Shown in pieces: positions 1-10,079 of a DNA stretch of 64,000 nt. Origin of the DNA: Anaerolineae bacterium. GTDB taxonomy: Bacteria > Chloroflexota > Anaerolineae > Aggregatilineales > Phototrophicaceae. The stretch lies in assembly GCA_041751455.1 (NCBI GenBank), contig JBGSXK010000217.1, positions 69,526 to 133,525 on the forward strand, written 5' to 3'. Position 1 is the first letter of the stretch; each line of letters starts with the position of its first letter. Under the pieces are notes generated by a model. It worked only from the letters and a program-made list of their open reading frames with translations, ran no database searches and was not told the origin of the DNA. The position numbers and the translations under genes are program-made.

Positions 1-2
1 AC

Positions 3-3000
3 TATCTGGCAGTCTCCGCAGTATGGGAAAGCACCAGTGCTGACCCGCTGGAGCCGATTGGCACTCGTTATGAAGTGGCGACATTCCCGGTGATCCAGAC
101 CATCAGCCGCAGCCAGCCAACCATCTTTGCCGATGCTGCCACAGACGATCGCTTCGACCCGGCGGCGCGCGATGTGCTGATTAACACCCTGGGAATGCGC
201 GGTTTCGCCACCTTCCCGCTGACAGTGGGCAATGAATGGATCGGGTATATCACTTGCCAGTCGGCGACGGTAATCGAACTTACAGAAGAAGAACTGCGGC
301 AGATTAATGCCATCACCAGCCAGGCCGCCGTGAAAGTGCAGACCATCCAGCTCTTTGAGCGAACGCAAAGAGCACTCAAGGAAGCGTCAGACTTCAAGTT
401 TGCGCTGGACGAGTCTGCCATTGTGGCGATCACCGATGTCAGCGGCAGGATCACTTATACCAATGATAAGTTCTGTGCCATTTCCAGATACTCGCGCGAA
501 GAACTCATCGGCCAGGATCATCGCATCATCAATTCTGGCTATCACGAGAAATCGGTTATCCGGGACTTGTGGGTGACGATTGCCAATGGCAAGATCTGGC
601 GTGGTGAACTCCGTAATATGGCCAAGGATGGCACTTATTACTGGGTGGATACGACTATCGTGCCCCTGTTGGACGATAAGGGCAAGCCAGAGCAATATGT
701 TGCGATCCGTTACGACATCACCGAGCGTAAGGCGGCTGAAGCAGCGCTGACCACCAGCGAGGCGCGTCTTTCACAGGCTGTGAACACAGCAAAACTGGGT
801 TACTGGGAATTTGATGTAGCATCGCAGACCTTTACCTTCGGTGACGAGTTTTACGCCATCTTCAACACCACCGCCGAGGCTGAGGGTGGCTACAGTATGC
901 ATGTAGGACAGTATGTATCGAAGTTCATGCATCCTGAGGATGCCCCTCTTGTGGGCGAAGAAATCGCGCTGGCACTGGTTACGACTGACCCTGATTATAA
1001 TCGCACACTGGAACATCGTATTTACCGTGTTGATGGCTCACTTGGCTGGGTCGCTGTGCGCTTCAACGTGCGTATGAATGAACAGGGTAAAGTGATCGGG
1101 ACCTATGGCGCGAACCAGGACATCACTGAGCGTAAACTGGCTGAGGAGCAGATTCGTGCCAGCCAGCATCAGCTTCAGTCGATCCTGGATAACTCAACTA
1201 CTGTCGTGTATGTCAAGGCCAAAGATGGCAAGTACATCACCATCAACAAAGAGTACGAGCGGCTGTTCAATGTTTCCGTGGACTTCATGCGTGGGAAGAC
1301 TGACCATGACCTGTTCCCGGCAGAAGTGGCCGATGCGCTGCAGGAGATCGATAGCAAGGTATGGTTCGGCGGCGAAACACTGGAGCTGACAGAGAATATC
1401 CCGGTGGGTGATGAGATACGCTCATACATCTCGGTCAAGTTCCCACTGTATGACAGCAGTGGCGAGGTCTACGCACTCTGCGGTATCTCCACCGACATTA
1501 CCGAACTTCAGCGGCAGCAGGAAGAACGCGAAATCCTGTTCGACATCGCCAATAAGCTCAATGCCGCCCAGACCTATCAGCAAGTCTTTGATGCACCCCT
1601 GGACTATCTGCAAAAGCAGGGGGTATCGACAATCTCCCTGAACCTGGTGGAAAGCGACGAGTCTAACCAGCCTACCTGGATTGAGACTATAGCATCCTGG
1701 AATAGGAGCGATGTGCCGTTAATGACTTCGGAAACACGCTTCTATCTGCCTGACTTCCCCTTCGCCAAATTGTGGATTGCAAATCCCCATGAGGCACTCC
1801 TGATTGAGGATGTCAATGTCAGTGAACTGGTGGACGAAACTACTCGTCAGATTTACAGCCAGATCAATGTAGCCGGCAGCGCGGTGATCCCTCTCTATGT
1901 GGGTGGACGCTGGACAGCATTACTCACCGTAAGCTGGGATCGCCCGATGACTTTTACCGAGCAGCATCGTCGTATCTTTGAGGCCATTCGCCAGCAGGCC
2001 GCTTCGGTGATGGACATCATGCGCGCCAATGCAGAAATTGAAGAGCGCGCGGCGGAACTGCAAACTGTGGCCCAGGTGAGCGCGGCCACTGCCACTAATC
2101 TGGACCTCGATATCCTGCTCCAGGAAGTGTCCGAACTGACGAAAAACAGCTTTGATCTCTACCATGCCCATATCTACCTGTTTGACGAGGAGAAGGAAAC
2201 CCTCGTGCTGGCCGGGGGCGCGGGCGAGGCCGGACAAACGATGAAAGAACGCGGCCACAGTATCGCACTGGCGCACACCCATTCGCTGGTGGCACGCTGC
2301 GCCCGTACCCGCGAGGGCGTGATCGTCAACGACGTCTCCCGCGATACGGACTTCCTGCCCAACCCACTGCTGCCACAAACCAGGTCTGAGATGGCCGTGC
2401 CGATGGTGGTAGGGGGTAAGCTGGTGGGTGTGCTGGACGTGCAGTCCGATCGTGTGAACCACTTCACCGATGATGACGTGAATGTTAAAACGACACTGGC
2501 TGCTCAGGTGGCGGTCGCGGTGGAAAATGCTCGTGCTTACCAGCGCCAGTTGCAGACCTCGGAGCGCCTGCGTGAAGTAGACCGCCTGAAGTCGGAATTC
2601 CTGGCGAACATGAGCCATGAACTGCGCACACCACTCAACTCGATCATTGGCTACTCTGAAGTGCTGTTAGATGGCATTGATGGTGAACTGACGGAAGACG
2701 CGATTGAGGATGTGAAGGCTATTCATGGCAGCGGCCAGCACCTGTTGTACATCATCAACGATATTCTTGACCTGGCGAAGATCGAAGCCCAGCAGATGCA
2801 GCTTGATCGCGAATCGTTGGAACTCGCACCGTTTGTGCACGAAGTGGCACGTGCGGCGGAAATCCTGGTCAAGAACAAGCCTGTTACCCTGGATGTAACG
2901 GCTGATGAGGCTGTACCCCATGTCTATGCAGACCCCATTCGCCTGCGCCAGATCGTCTGGAACGTCCTGAGTAATGCGGTCAAGTTCACCGAGCAGGGCA

Positions 3001-3287
3001 GTGTATTGATACAAGTTGGCCTGCATAATGAAGATCAGGCCGTGGTGAAAATCACTGATACCGGGATCGGCATGAGGGAACAGGACCTCCCCCTGGTGTT
3101 TGACCAGTTCCGGCAGGTGGACGGTTCTTCGACCCGCCGTGCCGGGGGCACCGGCCTGGGGTTGACCATCACCCGTCAGTTGGTGAACATGCACGGTGGA
3201 GAGATTTTCGCAGAAAGCGAAATGGGCAAGGGTACTACCTTCTGGTTTACCCTGCCGCTGTTCAAAAAGGAAAAAGTGCAGGGTTAA
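3..3287 (+). CDS. Sensor histidine kinase (GAF, 3x PAS, 2x GAF, HisKA, HATPase_c); 5' end runs off the window
   Basis: The frame is open from nt 3, with no stop before the GTG at 75 used by the ORF track. The upstream residues [24 protein letters not shown] continue a GAF-like domain. Three PAS-like blocks each end in DITERK/DITE. H-box is [19 protein letters not shown]-lid motifs are NAVKFT, DTGIGM and GGTGLGLTI. Confidence 0.9.
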   Translation, partial: YLAVSAVWESTSADPLEPIGTRYEVATFPVIQTISRSQPTIFADAATDDRFDPAARDVLINTLGMRGFATFPLTVGNEWIGYITCQSATVIELTEEELRQINAITSQAAVKVQTIQLFERTQRALKEASDFKFALDESAIVAITDVSGRITYTNDKFCAISRYSREELIGQDHRIINSGYHEKSVIRDLWVTIANGKIWRGELRNMAKDGTYYWVDTTIVPLLDDKGKPEQYVAIRYDITERKAAEAALTTSEARLSQAVNTAKLGYWEFDVASQTFTFGDEFYAIFNTTAEAEGGYSMHVGQYVSKFMHPEDAPLVGEEIALALVTTDPDYNRTLEHRIYRVDGSLGWVAVRFNVRMNEQGKVIGTYGANQDITERKLAEEQIRASQHQLQSILDNSTTVVYVKAKDGKYITINKEYERLFNVSVDFMRGKTDHDLFPAEVADALQEIDSKVWFGGETLELTENIPVGDEIRSYISVKFPLYDSSGEVYALCGISTDITELQRQQEEREILFDIANKLNAAQTYQQVFDAPLDYLQKQGVSTISLNLVESDESNQPTWIETIASWNRSDVPLMTSETRFYLPDFPFAKLWIANPHEALLIEDVNVSELVDETTRQIYSQINVAGSAVIPLYVGGRWTALLTVSWDRPMTFTEQHRRIFEAIRQQAASVMDIMRANAEIEERAAELQTVAQVSAATATNLDLDILLQEVSELTKNSFDLYHAHIYLFDEEKETLVLAGGAGEAGQTMKERGHSIALAHTHSLVARCARTREGVIVNDVSRDTDFLPNPLLPQTRSEMAVPMVVGGKLVGVLDVQSDRVNHFTDDDVNVKTTLAAQVAVAVENARAYQRQLQTSERLREVDRLKSEFLANMSHELRTPLNSIIGYSEVLLDGIDGELTEDAIEDVKAIHGSGQHLLYIINDILDLAKIEAQQMQLDRESLELAPFVHEVARAAEILVKNKPVTLDVTADEAVPHVYADPIRLRQIVWNVLSNAVKFTEQGSVLIQVGLHNEDQAVVKITDTGIGMREQDLPLVFDQFRQVDGSSTRRAGGTGLGLTITRQLVNMHGGEIFAESEMGKGTTFWFTLPLFKKEKVQG

Positions 3288-3306
3288 CAGACTGCATCAC
3301 ATCAGC

Positions 3307-3338
3307 AGGGGAGGGTCGCAGACCTTCCCCTTTGTTTT
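3307..3338 (+). terminator. Rho-independent terminator after the kinase gene
   Basis: Stem AGGGGAGGG (3307-3315) pairs with CCTTCCCCT (3323-3331) with one G-U pair. The loop is 7 nt and TTGTTTT follows. It starts 20 nt after the stop codon. Confidence 0.75.
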
Positions 3339-3436
3339 ATGGCATCGACAGAGATTTCTCAACACTTACGGCCTCGCATCAGGGCTACCATAAAGAATGA
3401 GCGCCGGGAAAGAATGCAACGAAAGCGTAGACATTA

Positions 3437-5551
3437 ATGCCAGTATCATACTTTAACAGCGTAATTTGCCTCGAATGCCAGCATCAGATGGCCGCCGACA
3501 TCATGGCCGTAAGCTGCCCGGCATGTGGCTCAGCCTGGGTGGATGCGCGTTATGATTATGATGCAGCAGCACGTTTGTGGCCCGCTGTGCTGGCCGACCG
3601 GCGGCATTCCCTCTGGCGTTACGCCGAGCTGCTGCCCATCAGCCAGCCCGACCCGGAGATCTCGATGGGGGAGGGGTTCACCTCACTCATTCGCCTCTAC
3701 CAGTACGAGCGCCTCTACCAGCACCCGCATATCTACATCAAGGATGAGCGCCAGGGGCCAACCAGCTCTTTTAAAGATCGACAGGCAGCATTGGCAGTGA
3801 CCGCGCTGCGGCAGGCGGGCATCAATGAACTGGTGCTTGCGTCTACAGGTAACGCAGCAGCGGCCTACGCGGCCTACTGCGCCCGCGCAGGTATCAAGTT
3901 ATGGTTGTTCCTCACCAGCCTTGTCCCGGCGGAGAAAATGCGCGAAGCTGCGCTCTATGGGGCGGAGGTTGTGAAAGTCTCCGGCACCTATGACGAAACC
4001 AAACAGGTAGCAGCGGAATTTGCTCGACGTAAAGGCATCTACCTGGATAAAGGCGCGCGTGGTATCCCCGGCAAGGAGAGTATGAAAACCCTCGGCTATG
4101 AGATTGCCGAGCAGCTTGGCCTGCAGATGTCCGAGGGTGTGCCAGGGCGTTTTGTCGCACCGGACTGGTATATCCAGGCTGTGAGCGGTGGTATCGGCCC
4201 GCTGGGAGCATTCAAGGGCTTTAGCGAACTGTTCCAGATGGGTATGATCGACAAAATCCCTAAGCTGGGCGTGATTCAGGCGGCGGGTTGTGCGCCGATG
4301 GTCGAGGCCTTCTGTGCAGGTAAAGCCCAGGCCGACCCCGTAGTGCCCAAAACATTGATTACTGTACTGGCAACGGGTGACCCCGGCATGAGTTATGTCC
4401 AGCTTCGCAAAGCCATTCTGGCTCATGGTGGGGCGATGCTGGCGATTGAAGACGGCGAAACTTTTGCCGCCATGCGTAAGCTGGCGCGGACTGCCGGGTT
4501 TTCTGTGGAACCTGCGACGGCGGTCGCGTTTGCCGGGCTGGAGAAAATGCTGGACGACCAAACCATCCAGCCGGGCGAGAGCGTGGTGCTCAACTGCTCT
4601 GGCCACACGTTCCCGGCTGAGAGCCACATTCTGGGCGATCAGTATGTGCTCAACCTGGAACTGAACGCGCGTGGCGATATGACCCGGCCTAACCGGGACG
4701 AGGACGGTCTGAGCGCGGCGCTGGAACACCTGGACGAGCAGGTGACGACCATTCTGGTGGTCGATGATATGCTCAATGACCGCCGCCTGATCCGCCGTCT
4801 TTTGCAGCGTTACAAAAGCTATCGGGTCTATGAAGCCCAGGGAGGCGTTGAAGCGCTGGAAATGGTACGCGAACGCAAGCCTGATCTGATCGTGGCAGAC
4901 CTCACCATGCCCGAAATGGATGGTTTTACGCTGCTGGAAAAGTTAAAACACGACCCTGATACAGCAGATATTCCCGTAGTTGTTGTTTCTGCCAAGACGC
5001 TGACCGCACGTGATCGTGAAATGCTGGCCACTCACAGCGAGTCGGTATGGACGAAAGGCGGCTTCGACACACGCCAGTTGGTCGATCATGTCGTGCGCAC
5101 ATTGGGTCATCCCACCTCGCAGCCTGCCAATCGGCCTGTTGCGGCGGTGCATGGACAGAAAACCATGAGCGAAACCAACGGGCTGCCGCTTGTCGTGATT
5201 ATTGACGACAACCCGCAGGATGTACGCCTGATGCGCCGTTATCTGGAAAGCAGCGGCGATTATCATGTGGTAGAAGCGCTCAGCGGTCGTGACGGTCTCA
5301 AGGCCGTGCATGAGTATCACCCGGAGCTGGTGGTGCTTGATCTGGTGCTGCCAGATATGGACGGCTTTGAGGTGCTGGACGCGCTCAAAACCGACCACGC
5401 GCTGGCTGATATTCCGGTCATCATTACCTCTGCGAAAGAACTGACCGGGGATGAAGTAAATTACCTCAACTCAAAAATCCATTCTATTTTAGGTAAATCT
5501 TCACTTGACCGAGGGCAATTTATAAAGATAATTAAGGATGTGTTAATCTAA
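3437..5551 (+). CDS. Threonine-synthase-like PLP enzyme fused to two C-terminal CheY-like receiver domains
   Basis: N-terminal Cys4 ribbon (CLECQ...CPACG). PLP-lysine motif SSFKDRQA, plus STGNAAAA and AVSGGIGPLG loops of the PALP/ThrC fold (aa ~1-420). Then REC1 (ILVVDD...VADLTMPEMDG...VVSAK) and REC2 (VVIIDD...VLDLVLPDMDG...ITSAK). Confidence 0.85.
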   Translation: MPVSYFNSVICLECQHQMAADIMAVSCPACGSAWVDARYDYDAAARLWPAVLADRRHSLWRYAELLPISQPDPEISMGEGFTSLIRLYQYERLYQHPHIYIKDERQGPTSSFKDRQAALAVTALRQAGINELVLASTGNAAAAYAAYCARAGIKLWLFLTSLVPAEKMREAALYGAEVVKVSGTYDETKQVAAEFARRKGIYLDKGARGIPGKESMKTLGYEIAEQLGLQMSEGVPGRFVAPDWYIQAVSGGIGPLGAFKGFSELFQMGMIDKIPKLGVIQAAGCAPMVEAFCAGKAQADPVVPKTLITVLATGDPGMSYVQLRKAILAHGGAMLAIEDGETFAAMRKLARTAGFSVEPATAVAFAGLEKMLDDQTIQPGESVVLNCSGHTFPAESHILGDQYVLNLELNARGDMTRPNRDEDGLSAALEHLDEQVTTILVVDDMLNDRRLIRRLLQRYKSYRVYEAQGGVEALEMVRERKPDLIVADLTMPEMDGFTLLEKLKHDPDTADIPVVVVSAKTLTARDREMLATHSESVWTKGGFDTRQLVDHVVRTLGHPTSQPANRPVAAVHGQKTMSETNGLPLVVIIDDNPQDVRLMRRYLESSGDYHVVEALSGRDGLKAVHEYHPELVVLDLVLPDMDGFEVLDALKTDHALADIPVIITSAKELTGDEVNYLNSKIHSILGKSSLDRGQFIKIIKDVLI

Positions 5552-5592
5552 AGACCGATTTCTAACCATTCGTCAACAGTGAGGTGGCAATT

Positions 5593-5979
5593 ATGGGGGC
5601 GAAAATTCTCTACATTGAGGATAATCCGCAGAACATGCGGTTAGTACGGAAGATGCTTAATATTGGCGGCTATGAGATGGTGGAAGCCACCGACGGTCTG
5701 TCCGGGGTAGCGATTGCTGCCCGTGAAGTGCCGGATCTGATTCTGATGGACATCAACCTGCCAGATATTGACGGCCTGGAAGCGACGGCGCGCCTGAAAG
5801 CCTCGCCGCAGTTAGCGCATATTCCTGTGGTCGCGCTGACAGCCAATGCCATGCATGGTGATCGTGAGCGTTTTATCGCAGCGGGCTGCGACGGTTACCT
5901 GGCGAAGCCTGTAACCAAAAACGAACTTCTGAACACCGTGGCCCATTTTTTAGTGCAATCCGAGCACAATAAGGCTTAG
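5593..5979 (+). CDS. Single-domain response regulator (CheY-like receiver)
   Basis: ILYIEDNPQN...LMDINLPDIDG...ALTANAM...LAKP. ATG 5593 lies about 8 nt after GAGG. GTG 5584 from the ORF track is an alternative start. Confidence 0.85.
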   Translation: MGAKILYIEDNPQNMRLVRKMLNIGGYEMVEATDGLSGVAIAAREVPDLILMDINLPDIDGLEATARLKASPQLAHIPVVALTANAMHGDRERFIAAGCDGYLAKPVTKNELLNTVAHFLVQSEHNKA

Positions 5980-5995
5980 GCCGGGGGTACAGGCG

Positions 5996-6373
5996 GTGAG
6001 CTTGATCGTCCTTATCGAAGATAATGAACAGAATGCCCGTCTGGCTGTCAAACTGATGCAGCACGCCGGACATGAGGTGCTGCTGGCCGGGGATGGGGAA
6101 GAGGGGCTGGGGCTGGTGGAAGATGTGCAGCCCGACCTGATTCTGGTCGATCTCGGCTTACCGGATATGGATGGGCAGACAGTAGTCGCGCTTTTGCGCC
6201 AGCAGCCTGCCCTGGAACAGGTGCCCATTATCGCATTTACGGCCTGGCCGCAGGAAACCGCCTTTCAGATGGCGCTGGCCTATGGTTGTGACGGTGTGAT
6301 TACCAAGCCCATCAATACACGTGTTTTTGCCGACCAGATTGAGAGTTATCTGGAAAAAACCGGGACGGTTTAA
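5996..6373 (+). CDS. Single-domain response regulator (CheY-like receiver)
   Basis: IVLIEDNEQN...LVDLGLPDMDG...AFTAW...ITKP. GTG start. Confidence 0.8.
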   Translation: MSLIVLIEDNEQNARLAVKLMQHAGHEVLLAGDGEEGLGLVEDVQPDLILVDLGLPDMDGQTVVALLRQQPALEQVPIIAFTAWPQETAFQMALAYGCDGVITKPINTRVFADQIESYLEKTGTV

Positions 6374-6394
6374 CCGCCATCGAGGAGTTAGGCG

Positions 6395-7285
6395 TTGTCT
6401 ATGCAGCCGCTTCCTTCTGGCTTCGAGCTGGAACGATACGATAACCAGATCATTATTCCCTGTCGCCATTATTCCTTCACCGAGCTGGCAGCGATCTACA
6501 ACGAAACCCGCATCGATTATATTGTTCCGATGCCGATGAATGCCCGGCGTATGGAAGAATATGTGCGCTTCTATGATATTGATCTGGATGCCTCGCCTGT
6601 CTCGCTCAATGCCGCTGAAGAACCTACTGGCATCGGGATGATTGGCCTGCGCGCAGACCGCGCCTGGATCACCCGCCTGGGTGTGATTCCCCACCGGCGT
6701 GGCCGCAAAACCGGGCAGCTCTTGATGTCGAAAATGCTGGAACAGGCACGTAATCACCGCTGCCGTCTGGTACAGCTTGAGGTCATCAAAGGCAATGAAC
6801 CTGCGCATCGTCTGTTTACCAAACTGGGCTTTACAGAGACCCGCGAACTGCTCATCATCCGCCGTCCGCCTGCACCGCTGACCCCTGTGCCCACCCTCGA
6901 TGCCGCGCTGGTGATACCCCTCACGCCAGATCAGATTATCACCAACCTTGTGCTTTACCCACCCGGCGCATCCTGGGTAGAAGAGGCGCGCTCCGTCCTT
7001 CAGGCTGGCAATTTACAGGGCTTCAATGTCACACTGGCCGATGGCACCCAGGGCTGGATTATCTTTCAATGCACACGGGTGCAGATTGCCCATGTCATCT
7101 TTGGCCCGCTGGCCCTGTTGACCGAAGACCTCGTTCATGCACTGCTCTATCATATGCACCAGCAGTTCCCCCAGCACGATACCAAAGTCGAGAATATCCC
7201 TCTGTATGACCTCACCTGGCGCGCCTACCAGCGCCTTGGTTATGTCGAGTCTTTCCGCCGCATGGAGATGTTTCTCCACTTTTAG
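6395..7285 (+). CDS. GNAT-family N-acetyltransferase
   Basis: Acetyl-CoA binding motif A, RLGVIPHRRGRKTGQLLM, followed by LEVIKGNEPAHRLFTKLGF. TTG start lies 7 nt after GAGGAG. Confidence 0.7.
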   Translation: MSMQPLPSGFELERYDNQIIIPCRHYSFTELAAIYNETRIDYIVPMPMNARRMEEYVRFYDIDLDASPVSLNAAEEPTGIGMIGLRADRAWITRLGVIPHRRGRKTGQLLMSKMLEQARNHRCRLVQLEVIKGNEPAHRLFTKLGFTETRELLIIRRPPAPLTPVPTLDAALVIPLTPDQIITNLVLYPPGASWVEEARSVLQAGNLQGFNVTLADGTQGWIIFQCTRVQIAHVIFGPLALLTEDLVHALLYHMHQQFPQHDTKVENIPLYDLTWRAYQRLGYVESFRRMEMFLHF

Positions 7286-8160
7286 CGCTGTAGGTCGGGC
7301 ACAGTCTGGTCCCAGTCTTCAATGCCGAAGGGCACTATCTCATGGAGTGTCCGGTTGTGGGGCAGGAAGAAATCATGAAGCTGTGCCCGGATTACAGGCG
7401 GCATGTCGCTTTCATAGCGGCCAGGGTTATAGGTAGGAAAAGAGTCCGCTGAGTAGCCCTCACGCGCCAGCCCCATAAACTCTAGCGTGGCATTGACCGC
7501 GGCGGCAGGATCAGTGAAGAAATCTTCGCTCTTGAGGATCAAAAAACGCTCCGGCGGATAGAGCGCAAACCAGCGTTTGAGCTGTTCACTGTAAATACCG
7601 CGCGACAGATAAGAATGATGGGCGTGTTTCCAGGGGTCATCAATGTGATACAAAGGCGATTTCCCGTGCTGTATTAAGCTGAGTTCGTCGTCAATGGCCT
7701 GCTGAAAGGAGCGTGTTTCCCAGCCCTTTTCCACCATCTGCGCAAAGTGCGAATAGGCACGCTCTACCGGATTACGCAGCAGCACAATAAGCTTTGCGTC
7801 CGGCACTGCCTGGGCGACCTGCTGGGGCACTTTGGGATGAAACAGATAGTAAGGCGTGGCCTCGCCTGTGAGCAGACCGCGCTGTCTTGCACGGGCTGGA
7901 AAATGCGCCCAGTACCAGTTCAGCCCTTTCATATAATGAAGGTCGAAGAAATGGACTTCTTTGCGCCGTGCCGGGGCGATTTTCGGATGTTGCACCAGAT
8001 AATGATACAGCGAAGTCGTGCCGCCCTTCTGCGCGCCAATGATTAAAAAATCGGGCTTGCTGTACCAGCCAAGTTTTACCGCCGTTGTGCGGGGTATGCG
8101 CCATAACCGCAGCACCCCCTCGCGCACCGGAGCCGGCAAATATTTGCTGAGCTTCGCCAT
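7282..8160 (-). CDS. Sulfotransferase-family protein
   Basis: PAPS 5'-phosphosulfate loop DFLIIGAQKGGTTSL and 3'-phosphate motif LLRNPVERAYSH. ATG 8160 is preceded by GGAGGAGGG. GTG 8181 is the longer alternative. The stop overlaps the GNAT stop in the tetranucleotide TTAG. Confidence 0.8.
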   Translation of the reverse strand: MAKLSKYLPAPVREGVLRLWRIPRTTAVKLGWYSKPDFLIIGAQKGGTTSLYHYLVQHPKIAPARRKEVHFFDLHYMKGLNWYWAHFPARARQRGLLTGEATPYYLFHPKVPQQVAQAVPDAKLIVLLRNPVERAYSHFAQMVEKGWETRSFQQAIDDELSLIQHGKSPLYHIDDPWKHAHHSYLSRGIYSEQLKRWFALYPPERFLILKSEDFFTDPAAAVNATLEFMGLAREGYSADSFPTYNPGRYESDMPPVIRAQLHDFFLPHNRTLHEIVPFGIEDWDQTVPDLQR

Positions 8161-8300
8161 GCCGTAAATACCCTCCTCCACGAAACACCCTTGATTATAG
8201 CACCCGTCATCATACCCGGATTATGGGTATAAACCGGACTGTGGATAAGCGCATTCGCTGGTACAATCAGGCACCTGATAGTTTTTGCACAGGGAACATC

Positions 8301-8978
8301 ATGAAAATTAAATGGTATGGTCAGGCCTGTTTTTTGATTACCGCCAGCGATGGCACGCAGATTATCACCGATCCCTATACACCCGAAACTTCCGGCTATC
8401 AGTATGTTAAGGAAGAGGCCGATCTGGTGATTCGCTCATCAGATAACGACAGCTTTCACTGCCGGTCAGACTTAATTCCCGGCAGCCCCACAGTCGTTAC
8501 CGCGCTTGATCTCGCCTATAATGGCGGCGAAACTGTCCAGAAGGGTATTCCGATCCGCGCCATTGAAGCGATGGAAGCCCTTAATCACCGTTATCATGAT
8601 CCCGACCAGAACGGCATGTACCGCTTTACAGTGGATGGGCTGGAAATCGGGCATATGGGTGATGTGGGCAACGCCCTCAACGAAGCGCAGATCGACTTTT
8701 TTAAAGGGCTGGATATCCTTCTCGCGCTGACAGGCGGGCATCCGGTGATCGAGCTGGATGACCTCAAAACAGTCATCGACCAGGCGCAGCCGAAACTGGT
8801 CATACCGATGCATTTCCGCACCCTGACCTATAAACCACGTAACAGCTTCTGGATTGAATCATTTCTGTCCTACTTTGACGAGTCGCAGATTGATTTTGCC
8901 TTTGATTATGAGACCAACATTACTCACGACTCCCTGCCAGAGACTACACGTGTCCTGGTGCTGGATTACGTGCGGTGA
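8301..8978 (+). CDS. MBL-fold (beta-lactamase-like) hydrolase-family protein
   Basis: N-terminus MKIKWYGQACFLI...IITDPY is typical of the UPF0173/Lactamase_B-like family. ATG 8301 lies 5 nt after AGGGA. The canonical HxHxDH motif is not obvious, so the function is uncertain. Confidence 0.55.
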   Translation: MKIKWYGQACFLITASDGTQIITDPYTPETSGYQYVKEEADLVIRSSDNDSFHCRSDLIPGSPTVVTALDLAYNGGETVQKGIPIRAIEAMEALNHRYHDPDQNGMYRFTVDGLEIGHMGDVGNALNEAQIDFFKGLDILLALTGGHPVIELDDLKTVIDQAQPKLVIPMHFRTLTYKPRNSFWIESFLSYFDESQIDFAFDYETNITHDSLPETTRVLVLDYVR

Positions 8979-9961
8979 CTGACTACGACACGCTGATTAT
9001 CGGTGCGGGCATCAGCGGGCTGCTGGCTGCACGTGAACTGCGTGCCGCCGGGCAGCGGGTGCTGGTGCTGGATAAGGGGCGTGGGGTAGGGGGACGCATG
9101 GCCACCCGCCGCCTCGAAGAGGGCGTGTTCGATCATGGCGCGCAGTTTTTCACCGTGCGTGACGAGCGTTTTAAGGCACTGGTTGCCACATGGCTGACTG
9201 AAGGGCTGGTGGTGGAATGGACACGTGGCTTTGCCGACAGCAGAGGCGTATGGCAGCGGGACGGCCATCCACGTTTTCGTGGGGCACAGGGCATGACCAC
9301 CGTCCCTAAATTTCTGGCACAAGGGCTGAAGGTGCACACGGGTCAGCGCGTGATTTCAGCCAGCATGAATGACGATCAATGGTGTATCCAGACGGAGCAG
9401 GGCGGCACCCTGACCAGCCAAAACCTGCTGCTTACCCCGCCTGTGCCACAGTCCCTCGAGCTGCTCGATGCAGGCGGTTATAGCCTGCCGGATGCAGACC
9501 GCGCGGTGCTGGAAGGTATTACATATCACCCCTGCATCGCGGTTATGGTACTGCTGGATGCCCCCGCCAATGTACCGGAACCGGGCGGGATGCAGCTCAA
9601 TGGTGAGCCAATAAGCTGGATTGCCGATAATTACCGTAAGGGCATCTCACCTGCCTATGGCCTGACCATACACGGCGCGCCGGGCTTCAGCCGCGAGCAT
9701 TTCGAGGGCGATCGGGACGCAGCGGGAAAACTGCTGCTGGAAGCTGCCGCACCTTACATGGGTGAGGCCAGAGTAAGAACCTATCAGGTGCACGGCTGGC
9801 GCTACAGCCAGCCTGTGACGGCTTATCCCGCGTCATACCTGGCCGTCAGCAGTACGCCGCCGCTGGTCTTTGCCGGAGATGCTTTCGCAGTCCCGCGTGT
9901 GGAAGGCGCTGCGCTTTCTGGACTGGCGGCAGCGGATTACCTACGCGGCCTCTCATCTTAA
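8975..9961 (+). CDS. NAD(P)/FAD-dependent oxidoreductase (amine-oxidase/renalase-like)
   Basis: Dinucleotide fold IIGAGISGLLAARELRAAGQRVLVLDKGRGVGGR. The GTG start overlaps the upstream stop (GTGA). Confidence 0.75.
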   Translation: MTDYDTLIIGAGISGLLAARELRAAGQRVLVLDKGRGVGGRMATRRLEEGVFDHGAQFFTVRDERFKALVATWLTEGLVVEWTRGFADSRGVWQRDGHPRFRGAQGMTTVPKFLAQGLKVHTGQRVISASMNDDQWCIQTEQGGTLTSQNLLLTPPVPQSLELLDAGGYSLPDADRAVLEGITYHPCIAVMVLLDAPANVPEPGGMQLNGEPISWIADNYRKGISPAYGLTIHGAPGFSREHFEGDRDAAGKLLLEAAAPYMGEARVRTYQVHGWRYSQPVTAYPASYLAVSSTPPLVFAGDAFAVPRVEGAALSGLAAADYLRGLSS

Positions 9962-9975
9962 AGCCATGCTTACCT

Positions 9976-9996
9976 AAGAGGCTGCTCAGCCTTTTG
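9976..9996 (+). terminator. Probable intrinsic terminator
   Basis: AAGAGGCT (9976-9983) pairs with AGCCTTTT (9988-9995) around a 4-nt loop. The T-tract is partly inside the stem. It starts 15 nt after the stop. Confidence 0.45.
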
Positions 9997-10079
9997 TCCC
10001 ATGCTTCATCCCGAAAAATCCAGACATAATGATTTGAGCGTACAGCATGATTAAGATTTAATCACCGGGATTAAAGCCA

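Noticed and set aside
3196-3393. A 65-aa ORF overlapping the end of the first kinase gene and its terminator.
   Set aside because: It runs through the terminator hairpin, has no RBS and its translation is low-complexity.
8223-8300. The N-terminal extension of the MBL-fold ORF (start at 8223).
   Set aside because: The family-typical N-terminus MKIKWYGQACFLI begins at ATG 8301, which has an AGGGA ribosome-binding site. The extension has no hydrophobic or conserved features.
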